From NCBI GenBank assembly GCA_963708185.1, contig OY970195.1, positions 832,001 to 896,000 of the forward strand: a stretch of 64,000 nucleotides of DNA, read 5' to 3'. Shown here piece by piece: positions 52,068-61,162 of the stretch. Source of the DNA: Candidatus Peregrinibacteria bacterium (GTDB lineage Bacteria > Patescibacteriota > Gracilibacteria > UBA1369). How positions within the stretch are numbered: position 1 is the stretch's first letter; every line of letters starts with the position of its first letter. Below the pieces are notes generated by a model. The model was given only the letters and a program-made list of their open reading frames with translations. It was not told the DNA's origin and did no database searches. A program made the position numbers and the translations under genes.

Positions 52068-53666
52068 TTACGAAGAAACGACTTTTTTGACCTGCGGAGG
52101 AAGGACCGGCGCCGTGGCGAGTCCCTGGTACTGCCTGACGTCGGCGATCTTGCTGTTGTAGTCATCCTGGGTTTCAAACTTCAAGACTCTCATGGCTTCC
52201 GCGACGGTATTGACCTGGACAATGATCTGCTGGGGAAAATTTTTCTGTGCGTTGGCGAGCCTTGATTGCTGGTTTCCGTTCGTCTCCGCTTTCATCAATT
52301 CGTCGAAACTTATCAAAAGTTCCTGACCCTTCTGCCCCTTTCCGATCTTGGCTTTGCGCAGATTGATAATGGTTGCCGCGCCGCCGTTCTCAAGATAGGA
52401 ACCGAGATCGGGATAGTTCAGATCGATGTCGGCGATGTTTTTAAATGCACTTTTTTCAGCGGTGGTTTTGGGGCCTTCTTTCTGAGTCCATTTTTCAAGG
52501 GCTCCGGACACCCACCCCGATCCGATGCCGAAATTTCCTGAACCTTTTTTCATACTTCCTGAAGCCATTTCAACGCCAAGGGTCCCTTCTCCTATCGCGG
52601 CCCAGATGTAAGGGTTTTTCGTAAAAAGCGTTTTGAAATCTCCACCCGAAGCGAGGACGTTCGTCAGGATCCAGAACAGCGAATGCAATGCCATTCCAAG
52701 TCCAAGAAGCGGAGATCCCACGATCCTGTTCATGATGTTGTCGGAATAAACGCCCTTCATGTGCTCAACCTCCTTGTTGAGGGCTTGCCTCACTTTCTTG
52801 ACTTCGTCGACGTAGAATCCGTTGTGGAGTTGCTTCTCATAGGTCTGATTGAAATCCTGCTCGGAGATCAGTTTCTTTTTGATGGCCTCCTGGAAAAGAG
52901 CTTCACCCTGCGCGACGGTAAGGATGCCGCTTTTCAGGAATCCGTCGATGAGTTCTGCGGTCTGTTCGCGCTTTGACGAATCCATCATCTCCTCGACGAG
53001 CTTGTAACGCTGGGCGGGTTTCATGAAGCCGACCAGAATACCGGCCGTGGTGATTTCAAAACGCTTTTGGGGGCTGGCATCTTTTGTGGCGAAGTCGAAT
53101 TTATCAATCATTCCCACGATGTGATTGTAATCCTCGGCGTTGATTTCCTTATGTTCTTTGAGTTTTCTTAAAATCTGCTGGGTCTCCACGTCCTTCATTG
53201 AAATTTTTTCGACGCCCACCAGAACACGTTTGAGTTCTGCGGCCTCTTCTTCGGTGATGTAGTCGCCCTTCACCAGACTGTCCAGCACCAGCTGGATGTT
53301 GAGAATGCGGAATTGGGCTTCCGATTCGGCTTCTGTCAGGAGTTTCTGCGCAAGCATATCTCGTTCGGCTTTGTTTTGTTCGGACTGTTCGCGATACTGT
53401 TTCTTGAACTGGTCGAAGGTTTCATGGATAACTTTTTTCTGGTTTTCCTTCATGGTACGGACTTCGTTCAAAGCGACCTCGGCAAGCTTGGAACCGGAGA
53501 TGCGTTTTTCGAACATCTCATCAACCTGTTTGACGTTCTCGGCTTCCTTTTCTTCAAATTTTCCCAGAACGGCACGTGAAGCTTCATCGAGAGGAGGAAG
53601 CTTTTTTTCTGGTCCCGTCAACGGCTGCTGGGGTTGTTTTTCCGGATTTTTTTGATTTTCCGCCAT
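52068..53666 (-). CDS. Hypothetical coiled-coil protein with hydrophobic hairpin
   Basis: 532 aa; 3-nt gaps to both neighbours. Confidence 0.8.
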   Translation of the reverse strand: MAENQKNPEKQPQQPLTGPEKKLPPLDEASRAVLGKFEEKEAENVKQVDEMFEKRISGSKLAEVALNEVRTMKENQKKVIHETFDQFKKQYREQSEQNKAERDMLAQKLLTEAESEAQFRILNIQLVLDSLVKGDYITEEEAAELKRVLVGVEKISMKDVETQQILRKLKEHKEINAEDYNHIVGMIDKFDFATKDASPQKRFEITTAGILVGFMKPAQRYKLVEEMMDSSKREQTAELIDGFLKSGILTVAQGEALFQEAIKKKLISEQDFNQTYEKQLHNGFYVDEVKKVRQALNKEVEHMKGVYSDNIMNRIVGSPLLGLGMALHSLFWILTNVLASGGDFKTLFTKNPYIWAAIGEGTLGVEMASGSMKKGSGNFGIGSGWVSGALEKWTQKEGPKTTAEKSAFKNIADIDLNYPDLGSYLENGGAATIINLRKAKIGKGQKGQELLISFDELMKAETNGNQQSRLANAQKNFPQQIIVQVNTVAEAMRVLKFETQDDYNSKIADVRQYQGLATAPVLPPQVKKVVSS

Positions 53667-53669
53667 GGT

Positions 53670-54278
53670 TTAGAGTTTGAGGAGTCGCAAAACGAGATCG
53701 CTGAAACTTTCGTGTTTTCCTTCCCATTCGGGAATCTGTCCGCATAAAAATTCCCGGATCGGTACGGGATCTTCATGATTGAGCTGAATGATGACGTCGG
53801 AAAAGAAATGTTCCTTGACGCGTAAATTCAACGTCGAAATGTGCGGCGGGTTGTAGAATATCCAGAATGCCCTGATGCTGCTGTAGGGAAAAACCATTTT
53901 CCCGACCTTGATGCCCATTTTGGAAATGGTGATTTTGATTTCCTTCGGCGGATGATGGCTGTGGACATACATGTAAACGACCGCAAGAACGATGACGGCG
54001 AGCGCCATGGTAAAATCCGCGGTAAAAATATCGACGATGACGACAATTCCCGCAATAATCGCTGCGGCGATGTACCAGACCCTGGATTTGGGATGCTGGA
54101 TATACTCCGGGGCGATCCAGGTAAAAACCGCTTTGTCGTAAAGCGAAAGTTCGTCCTTCGTCGGAGTGTGTGGCGTGAAATTCAACGGCGCTTTCTGTTT
54201 TCCTGATTTTGCCGTTTTTTCTTCGCGCTCCTGGGCTTCAAGGAGCTGCTTTTGATGTGACGGTTTATTTCTGGACAT
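53670..54278 (-). CDS. DUF5673-like two-TM membrane protein
   Basis: WIAPEYIQHPKSRVWY, two TM segments, YSSIRAFWI. Confidence 0.7.
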   Translation of the reverse strand: MSRNKPSHQKQLLEAQEREEKTAKSGKQKAPLNFTPHTPTKDELSLYDKAVFTWIAPEYIQHPKSRVWYIAAAIIAGIVVIVDIFTADFTMALAVIVLAVVYMYVHSHHPPKEIKITISKMGIKVGKMVFPYSSIRAFWIFYNPPHISTLNLRVKEHFFSDVIIQLNHEDPVPIREFLCGQIPEWEGKHESFSDLVLRLLKL

Positions 54279-54397
54279 AATTTGTTGGTTTATTTGTTTA
54301 TTTTTATCTTGTTATTTTACCACAAAAAGGCCTTTTCAACAATCCGGGAAAGGCTTGGGGAAGCCATAAATGCTTGACGTATTTTTATATTATTTTA

Positions 54398-56803
54398 CTA
54401 TAGTTTTTCGCGCAAACCGTTCATCCATCGGTCAGCGGCTTTGGTGAGGTCGAGGTCGATGAGTTTTCCGGAGCCGTTTTTGAAAATGAGTTTTGATGCG
54501 GTTGTGGTCTTGCCGATCAGGAAAGGTTCTACTCCGTACCTTTTGCAAAGCGTCAGAAACTTCTTCTCGTTTTTAGGTTCGATTTCACAGACGAAACCTC
54601 CGGTTTCGCCGAAAAGTTTTTGGTCTTCACGGAGCGAATTCAGGGTTTGAGTGGAGGTCATTTTTTTGGATGATTTTTTCGCGCTTCCGTCGCAATGCGC
54701 GACGTCGATTTGAACTCCGATTTTTCCTTCGCCGGTGTGACCGATGGCCATTTCAGCGACCGCTGCCGCAAGTCCTCCTTCACTGATGTCATGGGCGCTG
54801 GCGATCAATCCGGCCTTTGCTCCATCGACCATCGTGTAGATTTGATGCTGTGTTCCTGTGAAATCAGGTTCCGGAACGTTTTCGCCGAGGTATCCGTGTA
54901 AGCGATAATATTCGGAACCGCCGAGTTCGTTTTTGCGTTTTCCCAAAAGATACATCTTGCTTCCTTTCTTTTTGAGTTGGATGGTAACCGCTTTGGTATA
55001 GTCGTCGATTTTTCCGATGCAGCAGATGATAGCGGTCGGAGCCACGTGCCCGTTTTTGCTTTCGTTGTAAAGGCTGACGTTTCCTGAAATCACCGGCGTG
55101 GGTGACCCGGGATAGTTTTTCAGTTTTACTCCGTAACAAGCGTCGCGGACACCTTCGACGCCTTCTTTCAACTCCCACATCTGTTCTGGTTTTTCCGGAT
55201 TGCCGTAATTGAGACAATCGGTGACGGCTTGTGGATACGCTCCGACAGCTGCCACGTTACGCATCGATTCCAGCACGGCGTTGGCGGCACCTGCATACGG
55301 ACTGATCAATCCATATCTCGGGTTGCTGTCGGTGGAGACAGCCATGCCGACTTTCTTGGCTTTGGCATCTACATCTTCATCCATGAGCGGAGCGAGGATA
55401 CCGGCATCAGCAGCACCGGCTTCCAGTACCACGAAACCCTGGACCTGTTTATCGTACCGTTCGTAGACGGGTTTGCGGCAGGCGATGTTTTCGGATGAAA
55501 GGAGCGCGAGAAGTTCTTTGTTATAGTCTTTCGGAGCCGGTAAATCCGGTTCCGAAACTTGCATTTTTGGAGGCAGGTACGGACGGTTGTAGAGCAGTCC
55601 TTCGGTGATATCCCGGGATTTTGCGTCAACAACTTTTTTTCCTTTGTATTTGAGGACGTAATTGCCTTCTTTCACCTTCCCTACGAGCGATGCCCTGGCG
55701 TTTTCGGCTACGGAAGGGAGGTTCCATTTTTTGTTGTAGTGATCAAGAATCATCCTGGTGAGACTTGGATGGCACATCCAGGTGAACCGCTCCTGGGTTT
55801 CCGAACAGGCGATAACGGACGGCGGAAGGTTCTTGACGGCCACGTGGACTTTTTCCAGATTGATCTCGGCTCCGAGGCCGACCTTGGCGACCTGCTCCAC
55901 GGTTGAGCAGCTTACGCCGCCGGCACCCATGTCTTTGTAACTGACTTTGTGGATACGTTTCTTTTTTTGAAGTTCGGCGAAAAGATCATAGGTTGAAACC
56001 AGGATATGACGTTTCAAAAAAGGATTGGGTTCCTGAACGGCTCCTTTATTCTTTTCTTTCTCCGACTCCTTTAAAATTCCCGAAGCGAAAGCGGCTCCCC
56101 CCATACCGCTGAAATCCGTGGGTTTTCCCACAACAATGATGTCCCATTTTTCTTTGGCGGCGTTCTTGCTGACGAAGGAATGAATGAGCTGAGATTCACG
56201 GACCAGACCCAGCGCCACGACGTTGACGAGACAGTTGTCGTTGAAGGAAGGATCAAAATACACGTCACCTCCGAGGTTCGGGACCCCGATAGGGTTGCCG
56301 TATCCGGCGATGCCGCTGATGGCTCCGCCGGAAATCTGGCGGGCGGCGTTATCTTTTACATCACCAAAGCGGAGCGGGTCCATCACGCCGATGACTTTCG
56401 CTCCCATGCAGGCCACGTCGCGGACGCAGCCGCCCACACCGGTCGCCGCGCCTTCAAACGGGACGATCTGCGAAGGATGGTTGTGGCTTTCGTGGCTGAC
56501 GACCAAACCGTAGCGGTCGCCTTTGACTTTGGCTATTTCCACCACGCCGGCATCTTCACCCACACCCAAAATGACGTTCGGAGCGCTTATCGGCAGCATT
56601 TTAAGATAGGGTTTGCTGCTCTTGTACGAACAATGTTCGGATCCCTGGATGCCCCACAAGACTGCCTCGGTCATGGTGGGCGGACGTTTTAAAATCCCTT
56701 CCACTTTTCTCGCTTCCTCGACCGTCAACCCGATCTGATGTTTCTGAAGGGCCAAAGTGACCTCATCATCAGTCATCCGGGAGAAAGCTAAGGTTTTTTC
56801 CAT
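54398..56803 (-). CDS. purL: Phosphoribosylformylglycinamidine synthase subunit PurL
   Basis: SEHCSYKSSK, ESHNHPS, GAATGVGG, DMGAGG, SETQER, GNVSLYN, HDISEGG. Confidence 0.98.
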   Translation of the reverse strand: MEKTLAFSRMTDDEVTLALQKHQIGLTVEEARKVEGILKRPPTMTEAVLWGIQGSEHCSYKSSKPYLKMLPISAPNVILGVGEDAGVVEIAKVKGDRYGLVVSHESHNHPSQIVPFEGAATGVGGCVRDVACMGAKVIGVMDPLRFGDVKDNAARQISGGAISGIAGYGNPIGVPNLGGDVYFDPSFNDNCLVNVVALGLVRESQLIHSFVSKNAAKEKWDIIVVGKPTDFSGMGGAAFASGILKESEKEKNKGAVQEPNPFLKRHILVSTYDLFAELQKKKRIHKVSYKDMGAGGVSCSTVEQVAKVGLGAEINLEKVHVAVKNLPPSVIACSETQERFTWMCHPSLTRMILDHYNKKWNLPSVAENARASLVGKVKEGNYVLKYKGKKVVDAKSRDITEGLLYNRPYLPPKMQVSEPDLPAPKDYNKELLALLSSENIACRKPVYERYDKQVQGFVVLEAGAADAGILAPLMDEDVDAKAKKVGMAVSTDSNPRYGLISPYAGAANAVLESMRNVAAVGAYPQAVTDCLNYGNPEKPEQMWELKEGVEGVRDACYGVKLKNYPGSPTPVISGNVSLYNESKNGHVAPTAIICCIGKIDDYTKAVTIQLKKKGSKMYLLGKRKNELGGSEYYRLHGYLGENVPEPDFTGTQHQIYTMVDGAKAGLIASAHDISEGGLAAAVAEMAIGHTGEGKIGVQIDVAHCDGSAKKSSKKMTSTQTLNSLREDQKLFGETGGFVCEIEPKNEKKFLTLCKRYGVEPFLIGKTTTASKLIFKNGSGKLIDLDLTKAADRWMNGLREKL

Positions 56804-56856
56804 GGAAGGAAGAAAAAATTAGAGAGTTGCGGCTGGATCCGATCTTCGCTTCAAGC

Positions 56857-57072
56857 CTATCGTACGAAAGGCATGAGCGCCATGAAGCGCGCGTTTTTGA
56901 CGGCACGAGCCAACTGTTTCTGATATTTCAATGACGTTCCCGTGTAATAGCGGGCCGTGATCTTATTGTATTGTGAAACGTATTTCCTTAAAAGCTTTAC
57001 GTTCTTGTAATCGATGTACTTGATGTTATTGACCGTAAAGAAGCAAGGTTTGTTGTATTTATTCTTCGCCAT
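56857..57072 (-). CDS. rpsR: 30S ribosomal protein S18
   Basis: IDYKNVKLL...YQKQLARAVKNARFMALMPF. Confidence 0.97.
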   Translation of the reverse strand: MAKNKYNKPCFFTVNNIKYIDYKNVKLLRKYVSQYNKITARYYTGTSLKYQKQLARAVKNARFMALMPFVR

Positions 57073-57107
57073 AGTTCAGAGAGATTTAGAGTATAAGTAG
57101 AAAAGAG

Positions 57108-57539
57108 TTATTCCTGATGTTCGTCCATGGGCATGTCATCGGGCATCTGGTCCATTCCGGATTCGTCATGGTGATGCATGTCGTGTTCATGTTCGCCGTC
57201 TTCGGAAGAGCGTTTATCGAGCATAATCAGATCGTTGACGACGATTTCCGTTCGGAACTTCTTCACGCCTTCAGGAGTATCCCAGCTGCGGGTCTTGAGA
57301 TAACCTTCGACGTAGACCAGTTTTCCTTTGCGGATATATTTGCTGCAAATTTCAGCGAGTTTTGACCATGCAACGACTTCATGGAACTCACTCGAAGTGT
57401 GATGTTCGCCGTTCCTCGTCATCCAGTCACGGTTGGTGGCAATGCCGAATGTCGCAATCGGCTGACCGCTTACGGTCTGTTTGATTTCAGGGTCCCGCGT
57501 GACGTTTCCGATGAGAATGACTTTATTGATACTTCGCAT
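57108..57539 (-). CDS. ssb: Single-stranded DNA-binding protein
   Basis: INKVILIGNVTRDPE, KGKLVYVEGYLKTRSW. Confidence 0.98.
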   Translation of the reverse strand: MRSINKVILIGNVTRDPEIKQTVSGQPIATFGIATNRDWMTRNGEHHTSSEFHEVVAWSKLAEICSKYIRKGKLVYVEGYLKTRSWDTPEGVKKFRTEIVVNDLIMLDKRSSEDGEHEHDMHHHDESGMDQMPDDMPMDEHQE

Positions 57540-57544
57540 AGATG

Positions 57545-58165
57545 TTAGAAGTTAATGTCCGGGTTTGAAAGGATGCTGTCGAGCTTGGCATCGATATCTT
57601 CCAGAGACTTTTTCTCTTCTTTTTTCTTTGCGGGTTTCTTTGGGGTTTCTTCCGTTTCGGCTTTCTCTTCTTTCTTCTCTTCTTTTTCAGCCTTTTCAAC
57701 TTTCGCCGGCTTTTCCTCCTTTACAGGCTCCTCTTTCGGGATTTCAGCCTTTCTGACCTGGCCGATTCTTGGTTTCTTCTCTTTTTTATCCACTTTCTTT
57801 TCTTCAGGCATGATCTGTTCGACCTCAGCTTCCATTTCGGAAATGGTCTTGGGCTGGTAGATGGACGGAAGCTTGATCATGAGATGGCGAAGGACTTCCG
57901 TTTCGAGTTGGAGCATTCTTTCCAGCTCCCTGACCCGTTGAGGATCGAAGTTGAGATCCAGGACTGCGTAGTAGCCCTGGTCTTGTTTTCTGATCTGATA
58001 GGCCAGATCGCGAAGACCCCAAATGTCTTCGAAAAAGATCTCCCCGCCGAAATCCTTGATGGACTTGCGGAGAGCGTCGAGTCTTTTGTTGATAGCCGCT
58101 TCGCCGATTTCCGGCGAGACGATGACCATCAATTCATACCTTACGGTATCGGTTTGTGTGCTCAT
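57545..58165 (-). CDS. rpsF: 30S ribosomal protein S6 with long K/E-rich C-terminal extension
   Basis: YELMVIVSP, WGLRDLAYQI, VLRHL; ATG at 58165. Confidence 0.96.
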   Translation of the reverse strand: MSTQTDTVRYELMVIVSPEIGEAAINKRLDALRKSIKDFGGEIFFEDIWGLRDLAYQIRKQDQGYYAVLDLNFDPQRVRELERMLQLETEVLRHLMIKLPSIYQPKTISEMEAEVEQIMPEEKKVDKKEKKPRIGQVRKAEIPKEEPVKEEKPAKVEKAEKEEKKEEKAETEETPKKPAKKKEEKKSLEDIDAKLDSILSNPDINF

Positions 58166-58204
58166 CTTAGCTTTGGATGAAGGAATAAAATTCTTAAGAA
58201 GAGT

Positions 58205-58282
58205 CGATGCTCCATTGAGAGGAGTCGCTCTCCAGGAAAGAAGAAGCATGAGGACTCTAACAAAAAGTTTTAGCTCATGCAA
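58205..58282 (-). promoter_or_regulatory. Possible S6:S18 autoregulatory leader
   Basis: Two hairpins upstream of rpsF: GCATGAG/CTCATGC and TCC..GAGAG/CTCTC..GGA. Confidence 0.35.
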
Positions 58283-58657
58283 GGCTAATTTCGGGGTTTT
58301 CCTTGAAATTCCGACGGGAAGAATATGTATATCAATTCAATAAAGTGCCATCCAAGTCAATACTTTGCTTGCATTTTGTAAAAATTGTTTTATTTTAATA
58401 TGCTAATTTTTTGTTTTTGGCTTCTATAAGTCAAAAATCAAGATATCCGTTTACTCTTTACAAATCTTTTTTGACACTATATATTCCCTGACCGGTCAAT
58501 GGTAAAGGATAGCAAGAGTACTGAATTGGGTGTAGATTGGATTAATGGAAGGCAAGAAAAAAGTGTTCTATAAGCTAATAACTCGGTAAAACGTTTTTCC
58601 TTTTCTCACTCAAAATCAAATCGGGAGCATAAGGACTGGGACAACTAAAAAGTTATT

Positions 58658-59941
58658 ATGAGCCAAACGCCTGTCGCTAGGACTACTGAACAATTCGCTG
58701 TAAATCAGAACGCCCGCAGAGCGCGCCACCAGAAGGTTTTTGCAAAATCAACCTTGCTGCGTTGGCCAAGCTTCTCGCTTTCGTCACTCTTCGCTTCAGC
58801 CAAGAGTTCTTCAAAGGGGGTTCTTTTGGGAAAGATCGCTCCTCTTTTACATCGCGGGCATGTTGACGCTCAACATTATACTTCTCCGTCACATCGTTTA
58901 TTTACTCGCTATGGAGCTGTCGTGGCTCTTTTGTTTTTTATCGGATCAATCACGCCTTCAAATGCCTATTCCGACGGTTTTGTCTCGGGATATGTTGACC
59001 TCAACGGATCCATTGATCAGACCGCGACGGATTCTCCGCTCATGGCGGATCAGGATGGGTACCTTACAAAGGTCAATCCTCAGACCGATGCCGGAGACCG
59101 CAGCAGCATGAACGACTATCTTACGCATACCGTCGTTTCCGGCGATACCATCTCCACCATTGCCGCCCAGTACGGCCTGAAGCAGAATACTATCTTATGG
59201 GCGAACAATCTGAGCGCAAATTCGACTCTCAAAGTGAGCCAGCAATTGCTTATTCCTCCAGTGGACGGAATTTATCATCAGGTATCCAAGAATGAAACCG
59301 TCTCTAAAATCGCCAGCTCCTACAGTGTCAGCAGCGACAGCATCATCAAGCAAAACGGGCTTACCGCAGACGCAACGCTGACCGCTGGCGATGAAATTTT
59401 CATTCCGGGAGCCAAACCTCTTATCGCCGACGCACCGGTCACTTCAACAACGGGACGCGATACCCCGGCCCGCGTCGCTTCAAGTACCCGCGTGAACGCT
59501 GTCACAACGGGCGGGGCCATTCTCCAACCGACCGATGATACTCCGGTCGGAGACAAACCATTCATTTTCCCGACCCGCGGTATCATCACCCAGGGTTTCC
59601 ATCCAGGCCACTATGCCTTTGATATCGCCAACCGCGACCGTCCCGCTATCTGGGCTGCCGGTTCAGGGACCGTGGTCAAGGTTGTCAGCGGATGCGCAAA
59701 CGTCTCCTACAGCTGCGGAGGAGGCTACGGAAACCACGTTATTATCGACCACGGCAACGGCCTTCAGACACTTTACGGCCACATGACCTATCCGACGGTA
59801 AAAGTCGGTGACCACGTCACTCAGGGTCAGGTTATCGGAAAGATGGGACGTTCAGGAAACGTCCGCGGTATCACCGGCATCCATCTCCACTTCGAGGTCC
59901 GCAAGAACGGCGTGAAGATGCTTCCTTCGAACTACTACTAA
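58658..59941 (+). CDS. LysM (x2) plus M23 peptidase
   Basis: HTVVSGDTISTIA, HYAFD, GYGNHVIIDH, TLYGH, GIHLHFE. Confidence 0.95.
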   Translation: MSQTPVARTTEQFAVNQNARRARHQKVFAKSTLLRWPSFSLSSLFASAKSSSKGVLLGKIAPLLHRGHVDAQHYTSPSHRLFTRYGAVVALLFFIGSITPSNAYSDGFVSGYVDLNGSIDQTATDSPLMADQDGYLTKVNPQTDAGDRSSMNDYLTHTVVSGDTISTIAAQYGLKQNTILWANNLSANSTLKVSQQLLIPPVDGIYHQVSKNETVSKIASSYSVSSDSIIKQNGLTADATLTAGDEIFIPGAKPLIADAPVTSTTGRDTPARVASSTRVNAVTTGGAILQPTDDTPVGDKPFIFPTRGIITQGFHPGHYAFDIANRDRPAIWAAGSGTVVKVVSGCANVSYSCGGGYGNHVIIDHGNGLQTLYGHMTYPTVKVGDHVTQGQVIGKMGRSGNVRGITGIHLHFEVRKNGVKMLPSNYY

Positions 59942-60698
59942 TATCAATTCCCGGCGAGGCTCTTACCACTGCGTTTTTTAAAAGTGCCAGTGGTTTTTCG
60001 AATGCCGCCGGGTTTTTGAGGGATGCAAACCGATCTTTCAGTTCGCGAGGCGCAAACTGATCAAGAAACAGACCAAACTGGGCTGTCCCGACGGCTCCGC
60101 TGACGCGGGTGGCCGCTTGGATTTCTCCAATGGACGGGTCCTGATGCTGACTCGCCTGTCGTCCTGTGGAACGAATCCACTGCCATACTTCTTTATTTTT
60201 CTTTCCAAGTAATTGTTCAGCAAATCCCTGACATTCAAGAATAAACTGAAATAGGGCCAGCGTTTCGTTGTAATAGTCATAAAATCCTTCCTGCGGGCGG
60301 CCTTGAGTCCATCCGAAATCCATATCCAATCTTTCTTTCGATGAAATAACATCGGGCGGGAGCTTTTTTACAAATCTCTGCTTCCTTGATCCCCTGACCA
60401 GGAAATGGACGTATCCCCGTTCATCTGTGTACTCTTCATAGACCGTCCCTTGTAAATCATAAAAAAGAGAAGGATTATGAACCATTTCCCTTTTGCTTTT
60501 GTCTTTCAGGAAGACCAAAAGTCTCGACCGATAACGCATGTCATTGAGCAGCGATTGCTTCCAGCTGTCTATTCTCGCATCGAAGACCAATTTGTGTTTT
60601 CTTTCTTCAAGGTCAATGTCGGGCGTTTTTCCTTTTGCGGGTGGATTTTCCTTTTCTTGTACTTCTTTTTGTACTTCGAGGGTCTCTTTCCTGGACAT
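59871..60698 (-). CDS. Hypothetical protein
   Basis: 275-aa ATG-started ORF; its 3' end overlaps the M23 gene by 71 nt. Confidence 0.65.
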   Translation of the reverse strand: MSRKETLEVQKEVQEKENPPAKGKTPDIDLEERKHKLVFDARIDSWKQSLLNDMRYRSRLLVFLKDKSKREMVHNPSLFYDLQGTVYEEYTDERGYVHFLVRGSRKQRFVKKLPPDVISSKERLDMDFGWTQGRPQEGFYDYYNETLALFQFILECQGFAEQLLGKKNKEVWQWIRSTGRQASQHQDPSIGEIQAATRVSGAVGTAQFGLFLDQFAPRELKDRFASLKNPAAFEKPLALLKNAVVRASPGIDISSSSKEASSRRSCGPRSGDGCR

Positions 60699-60783
60699 AG
60701 CGATGTGTTAAAAATTACTTTTAAGGTTTTGCATTAAAGCATTTTTCGTTTTACAGGGCAATACCCAACATTGATCCGCCCGC

Positions 60784-60811
60784 TTGACCTTGGGGCGTGG
60801 TTTGCTAAACT
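60784..60811 (+). promoter_or_regulatory. Sigma70 promoter of yidD-purH
   Basis: TTGACC-N16-TAAACT with TG extension. Confidence 0.55.
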
Positions 60812-60870
60812 ACCCACGGCCTCAGAGCATACCATACGATGGCGAGGGCCCTGAGCGTAAAAAAAACTTT

Positions 60871-61128
60871 ATGTGGAAAACCCTCCAGGAACTTCCCAGA
60901 AAACCGGTGCTCGCGCTCATCAAGGCCTACCAGATGACACTTTCCCCGGACCATGGTTTTTTCAAGAGCCTCTTTCCCTATGGATACTGCAAGTACAAGC
61001 CCACGTGCTCACAATACGGCTACGGGGCGATCAAAAAATATGGGCTGCTTCGAGGTGTTCCATTGGCACTCTGGAGAATCATACGGTGCAATCCCTGCAG
61101 CAGGGGCGGGCACGACCCGGTGAAGTAA
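60871..61128 (+). CDS. yidD: Membrane protein insertion efficiency factor YidD
   Basis: YQMTLSP...CKYKPTCSQY...RIIRCNPCSRGGHDPV. Confidence 0.95.
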   Translation: MWKTLQELPRKPVLALIKAYQMTLSPDHGFFKSLFPYGYCKYKPTCSQYGYGAIKKYGLLRGVPLALWRIIRCNPCSRGGHDPVK

Positions 61129-61162
61129 CCCAGCCATTCAATCTTTTAACAACACCGCAGCA

